From: Lepidodermella squamata
Taxonomy: Eukaryota; Animalia; Gastrotricha
Reading direction: 5' to 3'
Length of the DNA: 64,000 nucleotides
Assembly (NCBI GenBank): GCA_047495785.1
Contig: JBLDXI010000001.1
Location: 2,480,001-2,544,000 of the forward strand
Shown here piece by piece: positions 1 through 14,220 of the stretch. The notes under the pieces are model-generated. The model had not been told where the DNA came from. It worked only from the letters and a program-made list of their open reading frames with translations, and ran no database searches. The stretch's first letter is position 1. Every line of letters starts with the position of its first letter. The position numbers and the translations under genes were made by a program.

Positions 1-69
1 GTACTGGAACTCTAAATTAAATGTGTTCACTTGGTGCAAAATTTTTCAAATTTTTCTTTATTTATTCAG

Positions 70-2717
70 CCTTGAGTCAAGTAAACAATGTCATCGATGG
101 CTCGTTAGACGACTCGCTGCCTCACGACTGGTTGTACGATGTTCAAGACTGCTGTTTTTCACTGACTTACGCTAATGGAACGAAATCGAAGCAATTCATC
201 GCTCATAACGCGGTCACAAAATGGGCCTGGGTTCGAGGCCTTACGCTACTCGTCGCAAAGTTGTCTGGATCCTCGCGACATGTTCAGAGTTCAGACGAGT
301 AAATTATAAAAAAATTCATATTTTATTTAAAAATAAATGTTTCTCCTAATTTAGCATAATAAATTTTCAATTCCATATGGCTGATACAAATAAGGATGGA
401 CTCATAAGCAATGATGAAGCAGTAATGGCCATGAATCAGCTCCATCTTCACATAAATGATCGGTATTCAGACCGGCTATTTGCCGAAATTTCGAGAGACG
501 GCGACAACAACAGCGATGGCTATTACTTGGATCGGAAACAATTTTTACACCTGGTGAAAAAATTATCGCAATGCCCTGAAATTCGACGGCTTTATGAACA
601 GTAAATTTCGGCTGAAAAAATGAATTTTTATTATATTTTTATTTTTTCAGGGCTAAAGCTCCTAGTGCCCAATATTTGAATGGAAACCGGTTCAGCTCGT
701 TCCTGCAACATACCCAACAAGAAAATTTGCTTGATTACGCCCTGGTCGGCAATTTTGTGCGTAAATACGAGCTTAGTTTCGGCCTTCGAGGCAGCGACAG
801 TTTCAGCTATGAAGGTAAATTTCGGATATTTCAAAAATTACCTATGATTAAACCGCCCTTTTTCGATCAGGCTTTCGAGCATTCGTCTTGTCGGATGATA
901 ATTCAATTCAAGTCCCCGAGTCCTTAACGGATATCTATCACGATATGACGAGGCCGTTGTCTGATTACTGGATCTTTGCTTCTCATAATACGTAAATATA
1001 AAAAAGCAATAATATTCGAATGTTTTATTATTTAAAAAAATTCCAGGTATGTAAGCGCTAGCCACTTTTCCGGTCAATGCAATGTTAATGCCATCTCGAA
1101 TGCTCTGAAGAAAGGGTGCCGATTAATCCAAAGTGAGTTCGAAAATTTTTCAAACTTTTCAAAATTTCAATATGAAAAAGTTATTATTTTTTTGACAATT
1201 ATTTAAAATTTGAAAATTGAATTTTCTAATTCCAAAATAATTTTTTTTCTATTTTTAGTCGACACCTGGGACGGCCATGACGATGAGCCAATAGTGACAA
1301 TAAACGGCCAAAATTACACATCGAAAATATATTTCCGCGACATACTTCGAACTATCAACGAGGAAGCTTTTATCACATCGCCGTATCCTGTACTAATTTC
1401 CATCGAAAACCACTGCTCGCCGCCTCAACAACGCCGCATGGCCTTTTACCTGAAAACAGTCCTTGAAGACACCATATGCACATCGGCAGTCGACCCGAAA
1501 AACCCGGATCAACTACTCTCGCCTGAAGAACTGAAATTTAAAATTTTAGTGAAAAGCAAATCGATAGCTGGAAATTACCAGCAACAATCGAGTAATTATC
1601 TGCAGCCAAGTTTTAGCAATCAAACCTTGTCAAGACCTTCCTCGGGCCTATCATCAAATAGCCGAAATTCAAACTACAACGGCTCGTTGGAGTCGCAAAT
1701 GGTATCATCGTCGTTGAACGATTTAACAGCTCGGAAGGTCTGCCCAGAATTGTCGGAAATTATCGCATTCCCCTCTGTTCCAATGCCAAAATTTCGTAAG
1801 CAAGGGAATGTGAATCAGAAAATGCCGACAAATGGCATTGCGAGTTTGGTCGAAAGTGAGGCGATGAGTTTGGCTGAAAATGCTGCGGTTGAGGTTCGGA
1901 ACCATACCAGCCGGCATTTGGTTCGGGTCTATCCAACAGCGATTCGAGTCGAGTCGAGCAACTTCGATCCCATTCCAGCTATGATGGCTGGCTATCAAAT
2001 AGGTTCGAATTTTAAAAAAATTTTAAATTCAAAAAATTTAATTCAAATTTAAATTTTTTCAATCTAAAAATACTTCAGATTTTTAATTTTTTAAATATTT
2101 TCTTTTAATTTTCAGTTTCTCAACATTTCCAACCTTGGGACAAAAATTTCAAGAAATACTGCGGATTTTTCCGCGATAACGGAATGTGTGGCTACCTGCT
2201 GAAACCGAACTTGTCCCCGTCGCACCAACGCATGGTTCCGCCCAAGTACCTTCGACTTCAAATAATCGCCGGTTACCAACTCGCCAATTCAACCCTAGTT
2301 GGATCGGCGCAAAAGGACAGCGTGACGAAAAATCACTTCATAAAAAGGTCGAAATCAGCTAGCCGAATCGAGACCACTGTCGATAAGCCCGACCCGTCTG
2401 ACATGGACCCTTACGTCATGGTTTTCGTCGACGGCCTGCCGGTTGATCGGATGAAGTTTCAGACAACGGTCGTCCCGCGAAATGGCTTTAACCCGATTTG
2501 GAATGAACTGATTAAAATGAAAATCTCGCGGCCGGATTGCGCGTTGCTAAGGTTCGTTGTCATGGACGCAGCTTCGCGCCAATTCGCTGGTCAATTTTCG
2601 CTGCCAGCTCGGCTGATCAGGCCCGGTTTTCGATCAGTCAAGCTAGATTCCGACAACCCGCGACCCCAGCCATCGCACCTGCTAGTCCATGTTGCTTTTG
2701 ATTCTGATACCGTTTGA
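70..2717 (+). CDS. Phosphoinositide phospholipase C-like protein (PH-EF-X-Y-C2), 5'-partial, probably catalytically impaired
   Basis: GT-AG exons ~70-298, 355-600, 651-814, 871-991, 1047-1132, 1259-2001, 2116-2717. EF-hand DTNKDGLISNDE; X-box SHNT, DTWDG, SPYPVLISIENHCS; Y-box LVRVYP..RVESSNFDP and GYLLKP; C2 DPYV..NGFNPIWNE. Confidence 0.93.
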
Positions 2718-3680
2718 GCTGTTAAGGCGGCGTTCTCAAAACAACAATGACCTCATTTTGTGTCATTTTTATTATTATAGCCTATTAATTGTCATTTTTC
2801 TACGCAGTGTTGTGTGAATTGCCGCTTTGCTATAATGTCGTTTTCGATGTATTTCTAAATTAATAAAGCGTCTATATTTCAATAAATAAAATATTGGCTG
2901 TTGATATTCCGACTTAATTAGACTTGATATTCTAACTTGAGGGAAGAAAAAATGTGTGTCCAAAGCTGTTTTTGGAAGTTAATCAGTTTAAATCTTAAAG
3001 TTAATCCAATTCTCCATCTACGACCGCCAACATTTTTTTGTTAACTCAGTTTAGAAGGAAAATCGAGGATGTTCTATTCAGGGTTATGATCGAAGTAAAA
3101 GTGTAATTTTGCCATTTTCGTTACGCATCAATGAACGACCCGATAAGAGGCAAATATTACCTGGCGTTAGCCATACCTAAGACCTACCTGTGATAGAAAA
3201 GATGGCCCGCCAGAATCCCCCATTCAAATGTTTTCAAGTCTCCAAGTTTGCTTTTCTTTTCTTTCGATAGCAACCCTGATTGCGTGGTAATTTTCCTTCA
3301 AGTGATTTTTCACACATTTTTCAACAATTGATTGGATTTTGGATTTTGGATTAAGACAGTGAAAAGTATGCCCAAGTGCGTACCGAGTCTACAACTTAAA
3401 GTTGTTTGTTTGAGCGTAAAACAGCTTGAACTGAGCCAAGCTATACAAAATATGTCAGCCCCCCTGGAAAAGGTAAACACTCGTTCTGTACTTGGAGCAG
3501 CCGATTTTGTCCCATTCCTGTACCTTGAACAATCTGTCGCGTTTACTGTATCGCACCAGAAGGTTTGCTACCTGAGCTAACAATGAAATACTTGAATTAA
3601 AAATTAAAAAAGTCCTCCTTAAAATTTTTCTTAAAATACCAATAATTTTTCCGAGCTTCGGCTATTTGATAAGCCTTTCA

Positions 3681-5218
3681 ATGAAGTTGTATTTTGAAAA
3701 CGCCCAACCCGTTAGTCGGACAGATTTGATCGGCGAAGCTCTTGGGAAAATTTTCGAAGCCTCGACATGCAGCGATGTTGAACTAGTTCTGGACAATGGC
3801 GTTCGAATCAAAGCTCACCGCGTAATTTTAGCCGCACATTCGCCTGTTTTCGCGAGAATGCTGGGTGATTCAAATTTCATCGAAGGTCGACTTGGCGAGG
3901 TCAAATTGCCAGGCAAACCTGCTGAGGCTGTTGATATTTTCTTGCGATATTTTTACTCTGGAAATATTAATTTCGCCCAACTGGAACTCGATACTACCTT
4001 GGCTCTGTTCGCATTGGCTCATGAGTACGAAGTTTTAATTTTGCAAAATATAGTTGCCGAAATGCTCGCGGAGGTAAGCTACAAATAATTAATAGAAAAA
4101 ATTAAGTTATTTATTTTTCAGTTCGCGATAGATGTTGACTCAGTTTGGAGCATTTACGAGATTGCCTACATATTCAATGAAACGGAACTACTTGAAACTT
4201 CCCGAAAATTCATTTATTTAAACGCATCCAAGGCCTTGAAAAGTTCCAACTTTTGCAGCCTTTCAAAGCCGGCTTTACTCGAAATTCTAGCCGATGACCA
4301 TCTATACGCGCCGGAAATAGAAATTTTAGTCGCCATAAGCCACTGGCATGAGAAAAATAGTGATCTAGACGCGAGGGATGTCATTGAAAAAATTCGACTT
4401 CCGCTTGTCAAACTGGACGGCTGTTCTCTGAAAGACGTCGCTCCAGTCGTTGAGTTTCTAAAAACAAATCAATTTGACCTAGAATTGGTCGGCCCAAAGG
4501 CGGAAAAGAACAAAACTGCTCAACCTAGAAAACGACATTTCGAATCAAATACTTCTTTTGGTAGAGGAATTTTAATTTATAATTTATCAATTTTTTTATT
4601 TATTTTTGAAAATAGCTTTGCCGGACAATGGAACCGCTGTTTATGGGATAGATCCAGAAATAATTTTCGGGCCATTTTCAATGGCTGTTTATGACGGACA
4701 TGTTAGCAATCATTCGCCTGTTGTCGTTGAGCTCCCGAAATCGCGAATTGTCTCGTCAATGTCCTTCTTTTTGTACGGAGCCGGCGGTCACGGCGGTAAT
4801 TGGTGTTATTACAAGGTTGAAGTCAGCCGATCAAAGGCTAATCCTACCTGGGCTATACTGGCGGACTGCACTGATTCACCGCCTGGTTTTGCCGCTAATC
4901 AGGCAATTCTTTTCCGGCCTCGCCGAATCCAGTCAGGTTAGTTCATTTTTTTCCTGTTTATTTTTAATCTCAAATTTATTTATTTTTTCAGTAAGAATTA
5001 CCGCTTATTCTCTCGGCCCTGCTAAGCCGTCCTACTCGATACGGCAATTTAAATGCCCGTCCAGTAGCCTTGAGATGAAATATCGAGAAGATTATTTGGA
5101 AGAGTGCCCGAATGGCGGGACAATGGTTTATGAGATCAGTGCTCAGGAACTACGCCGATCTTACCAAGCCGAGGGGCCGAGCCGGCGGAAAAGGCGGTCC
5201 AGTTCGCCATCTGACTGA
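3681..5218 (+). CDS. BTB-BACK-discoidin/F5/8C-like (BTBD9-like) protein, copy A
   Basis: Exons 3681-4073, 4122-4560, 4616-4936, 4992-5218. BTB motifs SDVELVL, KAHRVILAAHSPVF, FLRYFYSG; BACK motif LEILADDHLYAPEIEI..W; C-terminal VVELPKSRIVSSMSFFL..YKVEVS..W..LAD resembles the BTBD9 F5/8C domain. Confidence 0.88.
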
Positions 5219-7569
5219 ACAATCATTCGAAATTTGTCTCTTTTTTGCTGATTTTTATTCTAAATTTTCGCGAAAAATGATCAGGATAAAATAAACTGCG
5301 CTCGACAAAGAGTGTAACGTGTAACGAAGAGTGTCTTCGTCAAGTATGAAATAGGGAAGGAAGTTCGGAGACCTTTTTGCATAATATCTGCCGATATAAA
5401 AGAATTCAGAGAAAAATACTAATGAAAATACAGAGGTCTCGTTCGTACCTAGAACATTAAATTATTTCAATCTTATTTTATAAAACTCTATTTGATAATT
5501 CATCGGGGATTTTTAGATACCCAATAAAACAATTCGATTGGTTTTCAGGTTTTCCCTATGCAGCTGACGGATTCAAAAGACCCAAAAGAGCAAGGAATTT
5601 TTCAAACGCTGTACCAATATATATATTATTAGAGAGAAAAATCGCATTTGACCCGCTACGTCATAATAATTAATGACTGTGGGCGGACGTGAGTTGTAAT
5701 TGCGACCACGTGATTTTCCCTCTCGTCCGCGCTAAAAATTTTGGACCGCTTCTAATTTTAGAAAAAAAAACAACGACAGTCCGAGCTTTTTTCATTGTTT
5801 GTCGGGAATTTCACGCGTAAGAAGTGAGAAAAACAATGTCCCCGAAAATCATGATTCTCCCAAGGCAATGCATTTTTCTGATTTCTAATTCTTTAATTGC
5901 TAATAATTTTTGAAGATTTTGTAGGCATGTTGTGACGCGCTATGTGTCATCTTTAACTTTTAGTGGCCCGGGGATGAAACTTCCATAAATTTCCACATAA
6001 ATTTCAACAATTTTTGAGACTTAAATTGTCAAGTGGGATAATAGTTTAAATGCGGTCCCAAAAACTTCAAGCGCATTTCTACGACGCAATTGCAAAATTT
6101 TGGTCTACGCCCAAATAATTGCTTTAACCTAAATTTTCAAAAAATCACGTGACTTTCGCTAAAATCTGGGTGTAAGCATTTGTGTAATGACATCAAATGA
6201 CATTCAGAACAAACACGCGCCTTCAGTTAGAAACGTACATTTCGCATCATCTCACTTCCAGACGTTTACTCACGCCGTCATACGTCCGTGTTCGATAAAT
6301 TGATCAAGTTTCTTCCACGTAGGTGACAGTCTCGCGCCAAATGTCCTCTCGACCTAGATAGTATCAAAATCACTCAATACCAATTGCGGGATCGCAACCT
6401 CAAGGGATAAGACGAATTCTCGGCAAATATTTTTGACTTCAATTTAATGTCACGTGCTTTTAATGTCCGCCGAGCCCTGCTATAAAATCGCAGTTTTCAT
6501 TTTCACCTAACAAAAATATGCGCAGTAATATTAGGAACTTTTGGATTTTTTTACTTAATTTTGAAATTTAGGGGAAATTTGAAAATGTGAGCTATAATAG
6601 CTAGTTTTTCATGCCCAATTTTTCTTTTTAACTAATTTGACTAATTCGGTTATTATTTTTTAGATATATTGTTACTGGTACAGTTTTTGGCCTCCTTTTC
6701 TTTCTTTTCCACGAAGAGCGATCTAGCGATTGTCAAGCTCGAATGCCTGCTGTGTTGCCCGTTGATTTAGCCCGCTAATTCGCCTAAAAATGTTGAAAAG
6801 CTGCTTAGATACGGATTTTGACCCTATTCAATTTGACCCAATTTCAAAATTGCCCCACGCTAATCAACGGCGCTATAAGCATCGCTTGTACGCTTTCTAC
6901 ATTCAATGGGATATAATTCAATTTACGGATAATGACCTAATTTTTTCCCGGCTGCGGAACGGGCCGATCGAATTTTGTAAAACAAAAATGACGCTAACGT
7001 TCTACTTTTTGCTACGTTCTACGTCTGCGCTCATAGTCTTAATGACCTTAATCCTTAATACTCACACCACGTGATATAATGAATGAAAAATGTGTGCAGG
7101 ACGTACGTTTCCAGTTTCATCTGTGTAGTACATTTGTAGCTAAAAATAGTCGCGATCTAGGTCAGTGTTGGTACACTATGGTACTCACTAGCAATAAAAA
7201 AGACTAATGCCGTATTTGTTCCAATAGAAGCCCAGTCGCTAATAGTCATGTGACGTATATGCTGATATATACGCCACATGCTAATAGCAGCCCAGGTTGA
7301 GGGGGTCAGGTCGGTTCGAATACATAAAAAAAAGCAATTTTTTAAATTTTAGAAGTCCGTTCTGCTATAGAAACAAATACGGTAATCACTGACTTTAAAG
7401 TTGAAGCGTTTTCCTTTCATTTCAACGGGTGCATAAAATGTTTTCTAGGGAAAAGTAGGCTAGTTGTCTCGCCGTGGGCCAATCAGATTTTTCGGTTAAT
7501 TTCTCAACTCTTCTTTTTCTTGATTTAATTTAATTTATTTGATTTGTTAGAAATTGCATATTTAAAAAC

Positions 7570-9253
7570 ATGAACATGAAAACCCATTACTTCGATGGCA
7601 TTCGAGACATTCAACGAGCAAATGTTGTAAGCGAAGCTTTGACAAAGCTGTTCGACTCGTCAACCGGCTCTGATGTTGAGCTAATCCTCGACGACGGGAC
7701 TCGTATTAAGGCGCATCGAACAATTTTAACCGCTCTTTCGCCTGTTTTCGCGGCTATGCTAAGCCATTCCAGCTTCATCGAAGGCCGTTCTGGCCAGGTG
7801 AACTTGCCCGGCAAGTCGGCTGAAGCGGTGATGACGTTCGTTCGCTTTTTGTACTCTGGATCTCTGAGAATCAGCCAACTTAGCTTGGAAACTGCTCTAT
7901 CGCTGCTAACAATGGCTCAGGAATATGAAGTACTCAGTCTATACAACATAATTATTGAAATCCTGCTAGAGGTTTGTCGTTTTAAAACTTTTAAACGAAT
8001 TAAAAAATTTTAATTTTAATATTAAAATTTTGATTTTTTCAATTTTAGTTTTCGATAAACTTTAATTTAAATTAAATTTATTTTAGGCCGAATTGAGTTC
8101 AGAATCAGTTTGGCCCATCTTCAGTCTAGCCGATATTTTTCATGAAAAAGAATTGCTGGAGAAGACACGCCGATTTGTGTACCTCAACGCATCGGAAGCG
8201 TTAAAATGTCCCTCGTTTGAAGATTTGTCCTTTCAAGCCCTCATTTCGATTGTCTCCGACGATTTTCTCAACGCCTCGGAAGTCGAAATTGCTCTAGCTG
8301 TTAGCCGCTGGCAGCGAAGAAACAACCATCCCGAAATAGCTGCCGTCATCGATGAAATTCGCTGGCCGTTAGTTGATTCCGGTTTGAAAGAATCTGATTC
8401 AATTTCCAAGCTGTTATCGGCTAGGAGTGTTGAAGAAATTTCGAGAAATTCTACCCCTCGGCAGCATTTCACTGATAAAGTCACTTCATTCGGTTCGTGA
8501 ATTTTTAAGGAGGCGTTTTTAATTTTTAATTTAATTCTTTAATATTGTAGCTTCAATTGAAAATGGGAGTGTGGTGTTGGGGTGCGATGCAAAACACGTT
8601 TTTCAGTCATTTTCAGTCGATGTCACCCCCTCGCTCGGCCTGATTGCGAATCGAAATTCAATTGAAATTGATTTGCAAAGACCGCGAGTTGTCTCATCAA
8701 TGTCTTTCTTCACGTATGGGTTCGAAAATGGCCGAAGGGTATGGTGCTCTTATACAGTGGAATACAAGGAATGGAAGCATGTTCAAGCGTGGACGAAATT
8801 GGCGAATTGTTCCGATGCATCACGAGGATTTTGCGACTATCAAGTTCTGATGTTCCCTGCCACAAAAATTCAATCAAGCGAGTTCAAATTCTTCAATAAT
8901 TTTAGAGTTTTAAATTCCAAAATAATTGAATTAATTTTATATTCCAAAAAACACGAATTTCTTGGATGAAGTAAAATGCTTGAAGCACGCGATATTACAC
9001 CGATTTTCTTCTAATTTCGCACGAGTGATAAATTATTTCTGTGTTTTTTTCAGTCAAAATCACAGCGAAATCTTCTGGTGGCGGGAAATACTTCTCGGTT
9101 CATCAATTCGAGAGCCCTTCAGCAAGCTTCGAATCCAGCTATCGCGCTGAGTATCTCAGAACATGCCAAAACAGCGAAACAATGGTTTTCGAAGTTGTTA
9201 CATCTCGTCAATTTAACAAAGTCCGAAAGGCTCACATTGCTCTGAGACCGTGA
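7570..9253 (+). CDS. BTBD9-like protein, copy B
   Basis: Same four-exon layout (7570-7971, ~8087-8492, 8551-8877, 9054-9253). The third intron needs a GC donor (GCGAGT at 8878). Confidence 0.85.
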
Positions 9254-9308
9254 ATAAAATGATTATTCGTTGTTACTAATAAATTCCGGTTTTTTCAGTC
9301 TTTTAAAT

Positions 9309-11514
9309 ATGACTTATTTCATTGGTGTGCCTGATAATATTGTGAGAGGAGACTTTTTGAGCAGTGCTTTTATGAATATTTTCGAATCCTCGAGCTTCAC
9401 TGATGTTGAGCTAATTTTGGACGAAGGTGCTCGAATTAAAGCGCATCGAACTGTTTTGGCTGCTCATTCGCCGGTGTTCGCCGGGATGTTATGTGGCGGT
9501 GCTGGGTTCAAAGAGAGCAGACTGGGCGAAGTGAAACTCCCTGGCAAGACTGAAAGGACCGTTCGAATGTTCTTGGGATTTTTGTACTCTGGTTGTTTGA
9601 AGACCAGCCAGCTCGATCTTGACACAGCTCTGGCACTACTTTGCATGGCTCATGAGTATCAATTCACCGTGTTATTTCGCTTGGTGGCGGACGTTATAGT
9701 CGAGGTTTGTGCTCAATGGAGTTCAAGTAGGCATTTTTTTTAATAATTATCAGGTAGCTGGAGGCACGATCTTCTACCAAAATGAGAGCTCCTTTATTTG
9801 AGTTACTGACCTTAAGTAGTTGACCTAATTGTTTTGTTCTATTTATGATGAGTTCGTGCATCTTCTCTAGGCCATCGTCTGTCGTAAACATCGAGGGTGT
9901 AAATAATTGCAGTTTACTAAAATGGGATTATACTCGCAGATTTTTCCATTTTCGCGAGTTTCGCTTTTTTAATTATTTTTGATCATTAGTGATGCCATAA
10001 TATGGGGGATGAGAAGGCCATATTTTGGGAAGATTTAGAGCTGGAACATTGAAGTAATTTTATAATTTAACTTAATTTAATTTTTCTAGCAGCTAGAACC
10101 CGAATTTCATGGATTGCTCTGGAATAATTTCCTAAAAACGAGAATTTCAATTTTCAATTTTCATTTAGCAGAAGATGCTGTTTGACCTTTCCTACGACAA
10201 CTTTTAATCCCTAAATTACATTTTTAAATTATAAATTAATATTTTTCAAGTGCGCCATTGACTCGGAATCCGTGTGGCTCATCTTCGACTTGGCTGTCGT
10301 TTTCGGCGATGAAGACCTTCTCGTGGCAACTCGCCGTTTCATCTACCACAACGTTACAACTGCCCTGAAGAGCCGGACGTTTGAAGATCTTTCGAAACAA
10401 GCTTTGCTGTACGTGATCTCGGACGATTTCCTCCACGCTCCCGAGGTTGAAATCGCTCTGGCTGTGTGCCGCTGGCAGAAGAAGCAGAAGCTTCATGAGA
10501 TTTGCGATATTCTCGACAACATCCGGCTGTCGTTGGTTAAGATGGACGGGCTCACGTTAAAAGACACGGTTCCGCTGGTCCAACTTTTTTCTGCTTGCAA
10601 TTCGATGCTAGACGAGAATAACGATGAACCACGCGCTGAAATTCCTCGAAAAATATTTTGCGAGGAAATAGCCTCTCATGGTTTGTTGAGGATACAAACT
10701 TAATCCATGTTTAGTCGAGGTGGGTCACATTTTTGGGATTTTTTTCGGGTTTTCCAAAATAACAATTATTTCGATAAAAATGTCGATAAAATTCACAAAT
10801 TCTTCGATAGTTTTTGAAGTTTTTGAAATTTTCAAAAATAATCTTTAATTATCATATGTCATGAAATGTTTGGGCCAAATGATTTCTGCTCAGGACCGCC
10901 CATACTCTTCAACATTATTAAGCTAGTTATTTCATGCCTTTGATATAGCGACTCAAGACAATGGGACAATCGTTTCTGGCTGTGATGCCAACATCGTGCT
11001 AACGCCTTGGCCTGTTGGGCCTTATCCCGGATACCTCGCTAATCTCGCGCCTGTTGAAATTACCCTTGCTAAATCGCGCGTTGTATCATCGATGTCTTTC
11101 TTCCTTTACGGCGCTGGTAACTTAGGCGAGTGGTGTGGCTACAAAGTTGAGGTTAGCCGGTCGAAGAAAGATCCATCCTGGGCTCTTCTCGCTGATTGTG
11201 CTAATTTACCCACCGGTTTTGCCGCGCATCAAATCCACATGTTTCCGCCGAAACGAATCCAATCAGGTAAAATTTTGATGAAAATAAAATTTCAGTAAAA
11301 AAAATTATTTCCAACAGTCAAACTTTCGGCGTATTCGATGGGTGGCCAGCCAAATTACGCAATCTGGCAGTTCCAGTGTCCTTCCGTAACATTTCAGACC
11401 CAGTATCGAGAAGAATACCTGAAAACTTGCTCAATAGGTGAGACGATCGTCTTCGAAGTCAGCTTCAGCAAACTCAGAAAGACTCACTCAGCGCTGAAAT
11501 CTAATCAGAAATAA
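9309..11514 (+). CDS. BTBD9-like protein, copy C
   Basis: Exons 9309-9705, 10250-10680, ~10948-11266, ~11318-11514; same motifs and intron positions as copy A. Confidence 0.87.
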
Positions 11515-11827
11515 AAATAAAAATCAATATTTAAACGTTTTAAAATCACTGTTGAGCTTCCAGCATAAATTATTAAGCACTGAATTTTTCCGATATTTGT
11601 GCGATTTTTCTAATTTTTGAATCATTTCGAAACTATTCTTTCTTGATCGCAACCTAGGATTTTATCTACGTGGCACGGGTATGTAGAATGAGTTGATTTT
11701 CCTAGACAACTGATATCGGAAAAATCACTGATTTGTAAAATCGATATCTGCTCTGCAGGCCGAAAAGTTTAGAATTCGCATGCAAATTTATTCTCTCCTG
11801 CTTTTCTAGTTATTTATTACCATAATT

Positions 11828-14057
11828 ATGGCATCTCAGGTATTCGATAAAGCTCCCGATATATCCCAAACGAATGTTTTGAGCGATGCCCTCATCAAGT
11901 TGTACGAATCCTCAACTGGCAGCGATGTTGAACTCATTTTGGACAATGGCTCAAAATTGAAAACTCACCGTGCGATATTAGCTGCTCATTCACCTGTTTT
12001 CGCTCGAATGCTGAGCGATCCTAGTTTTAAGGAAGGCCAACTCGGTGTCGTCAAATTACCTGGAAAATCGGCCAAGACCGTGGACGCGTTTTTGCGATAT
12101 TTGTATTCGGGATGCATTTCGCCCCAGAAGCTTGAAGTAACGACTGCTGTCCGAATTTACGCAATGGCTCACGAATATGAGGTACTCCCGCTATATCGAG
12201 CGCTAACTGATACATTCATGCTGGTAATCTATTTCCCAAAACCACATATTTAGTATACAGAAATGATTCTGTAGTTTGGAATGAATGCTAATGCTATCTG
12301 GAGCATTTTTGATGCGGCTATACTTTTCGAGGAGGAAATTTTGGCTGAAGAATGTCGTCAATTTATCTACTACAACGCCCCGGACGCGCTGAAGAGTGAA
12401 TCATTCTGCGATTTGTCAAAATCGGCCCTGCTTGAGGTGATTTCGGACGATTTTCTCTTCGCGCCCGAGGTCAGCATTGCCTTGGCCGTTAGCCGATGGC
12501 AGGAAAAGAATAACGAGGCGAAAATGGAGGAAATCCTCAGTAAGATTCGATACTCGTTAATAAAGCTCGATGGCTTTAATTTGGTTGGTGCAGCTCCGTT
12601 GTATGAAATGCTTGCCGCTCAAAAGATCGACATTAGATCAGTTGGGAAAACGGGATACAACCCGCAGAAGCCAGATTGTTCGAGGAAACAACCAGAATCA
12701 ATAGGTATCTTTTAAGCGTTTACTGTTAAAATATTTTCTAAAATTCGACTCGACTTTCGTTCAGCTTCGAAATCGAATGGAACAGTTGTCGAGGGGGTTG
12801 ACCCGGCAGTTTTGTTTGGCCCGTTTACCGGGTTCGAGGAGCGAGGTAAAGTGGATAGCTACAAGTCGATCGTCATTTCGTTGTCAAAGCCCCACAACGT
12901 CGCCTCTGTCTCGTTTTTCCTGCATTCCTCGGGGGGCAATGCCCCATCTAAATTCTCTATCGATGTCTCCCAGTCGTCTGAGGCGAAGTGGCAAAAAATT
13001 GCCGCCTGCATCCCGGAAGGATCGCCAGCTGGAAAACATGTTGTTATGTTCAAGCGACAGAAGGTATCGATGAGTAAGTTCCCCGCCTCTTTGTCTAAAA
13101 TGATACATGACCGTTAGCAAGTTTGGCATTAACTTTGACATCGTGTGACGTCGCTTTCAAGTTCAATTAGCGGGGAGTCGAACGGTATAAAAAGTTTCAT
13201 AGTCATCAGGGTTGAGAAATTGAGCTTTGAAGCTAAAGGGAGAAAGGAGCAAATTTTGATAAAAATGCGCCTCAAAAAAATTGAGTATTTATTGCCTCAA
13301 TTAATAATCCCCACGCAATGTATGTTATTGTCTTAAGCGCAGTCGACATTAGTAGGGTAATCTGAGGTGAGGCATTTTACTGGATATTCAAAAATGTGGT
13401 TGGAATCGAGCTAATGTTTCCACATCAGCCTAAATTGATGATACACTAAGGGTAATTTGGAGTTTCACATCTTTTGAGGAGGACATGAACTATAGAAAAA
13501 CTGGGTAAGAACATCTTGAAATCCAAGAATCGTTCTTCTTCAAGTAATTAAATTTTAGAGATTTGCTGGAAATTACAGAAAAAGCGCCAACCCCACTTTT
13601 CGGTCACATGAACGGTTTTTTTATTTGGGTATCGCCGCAGTAGTCTTCTTCAGATGGATTAATTGTATCATCTAGAAAAACTTCGGAAGCTAGTTTCCTA
13701 AAATTCAGCCTACCGTGCTAAACAGGCTTAACTAGCTTACATTGCAAGCAGGATTTTTCAAAAGCTTTTTGAACATTTTCGATGAAATATAAAATCAGTC
13801 ATTTGGTTCGTAAAATACCTATCCATGTTTACGATAGTTTCATAGAAATGTTATTATTCATTATTGCAGTTAAAATCACCGCGCAATGTGCAACTGCGTC
13901 GCACAATGGCTATGTCATTCGCGCATTTATTTGCCCGGCACTGAATCTCGAGGCTAGCTATCGCGCTGAATGGATAAGACAATGCCCGGATGGTCAATCA
14001 ATGATTTTCGTTGTCGACAAGGACGGCAAACACATCAAGTCATATCGTTCTGGCTGA
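11828..14057 (+). CDS. BTBD9-like protein, copy D
   Basis: Exons 11828-12223, 12275-~12704, ~12765-13073, 13870-14057; BTB exon nearly identical to copy E. Confidence 0.88.
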
Positions 14058-14220
14058 AACGGCTCGTGGCGATTGATCGTTACAATTAACAACAATTAGT
14101 TATTACTGCTACCTATAGTCAATTTTCGCGAATTATTTTTTCAGTAATCAACGATCGTCTTTTATAGCGTGTCACAAAAAACTCGGACGTGCAATAAAAC
14201 AAATAAACATGCTTTCACTG

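Noticed and set aside
3452-3472. Possible upstream coding exon MSAPLEK|GT for BTB copy A
   Set aside because: No phase-compatible acceptor; splicing to nearby AGs hits a stop.
5300-7500. Possible Helitron or gene in the spacer between BTB copies A and B
   Set aside because: No termini, TSD or coding homology could be established; the small hairpin near 7248-7280 is insufficient.
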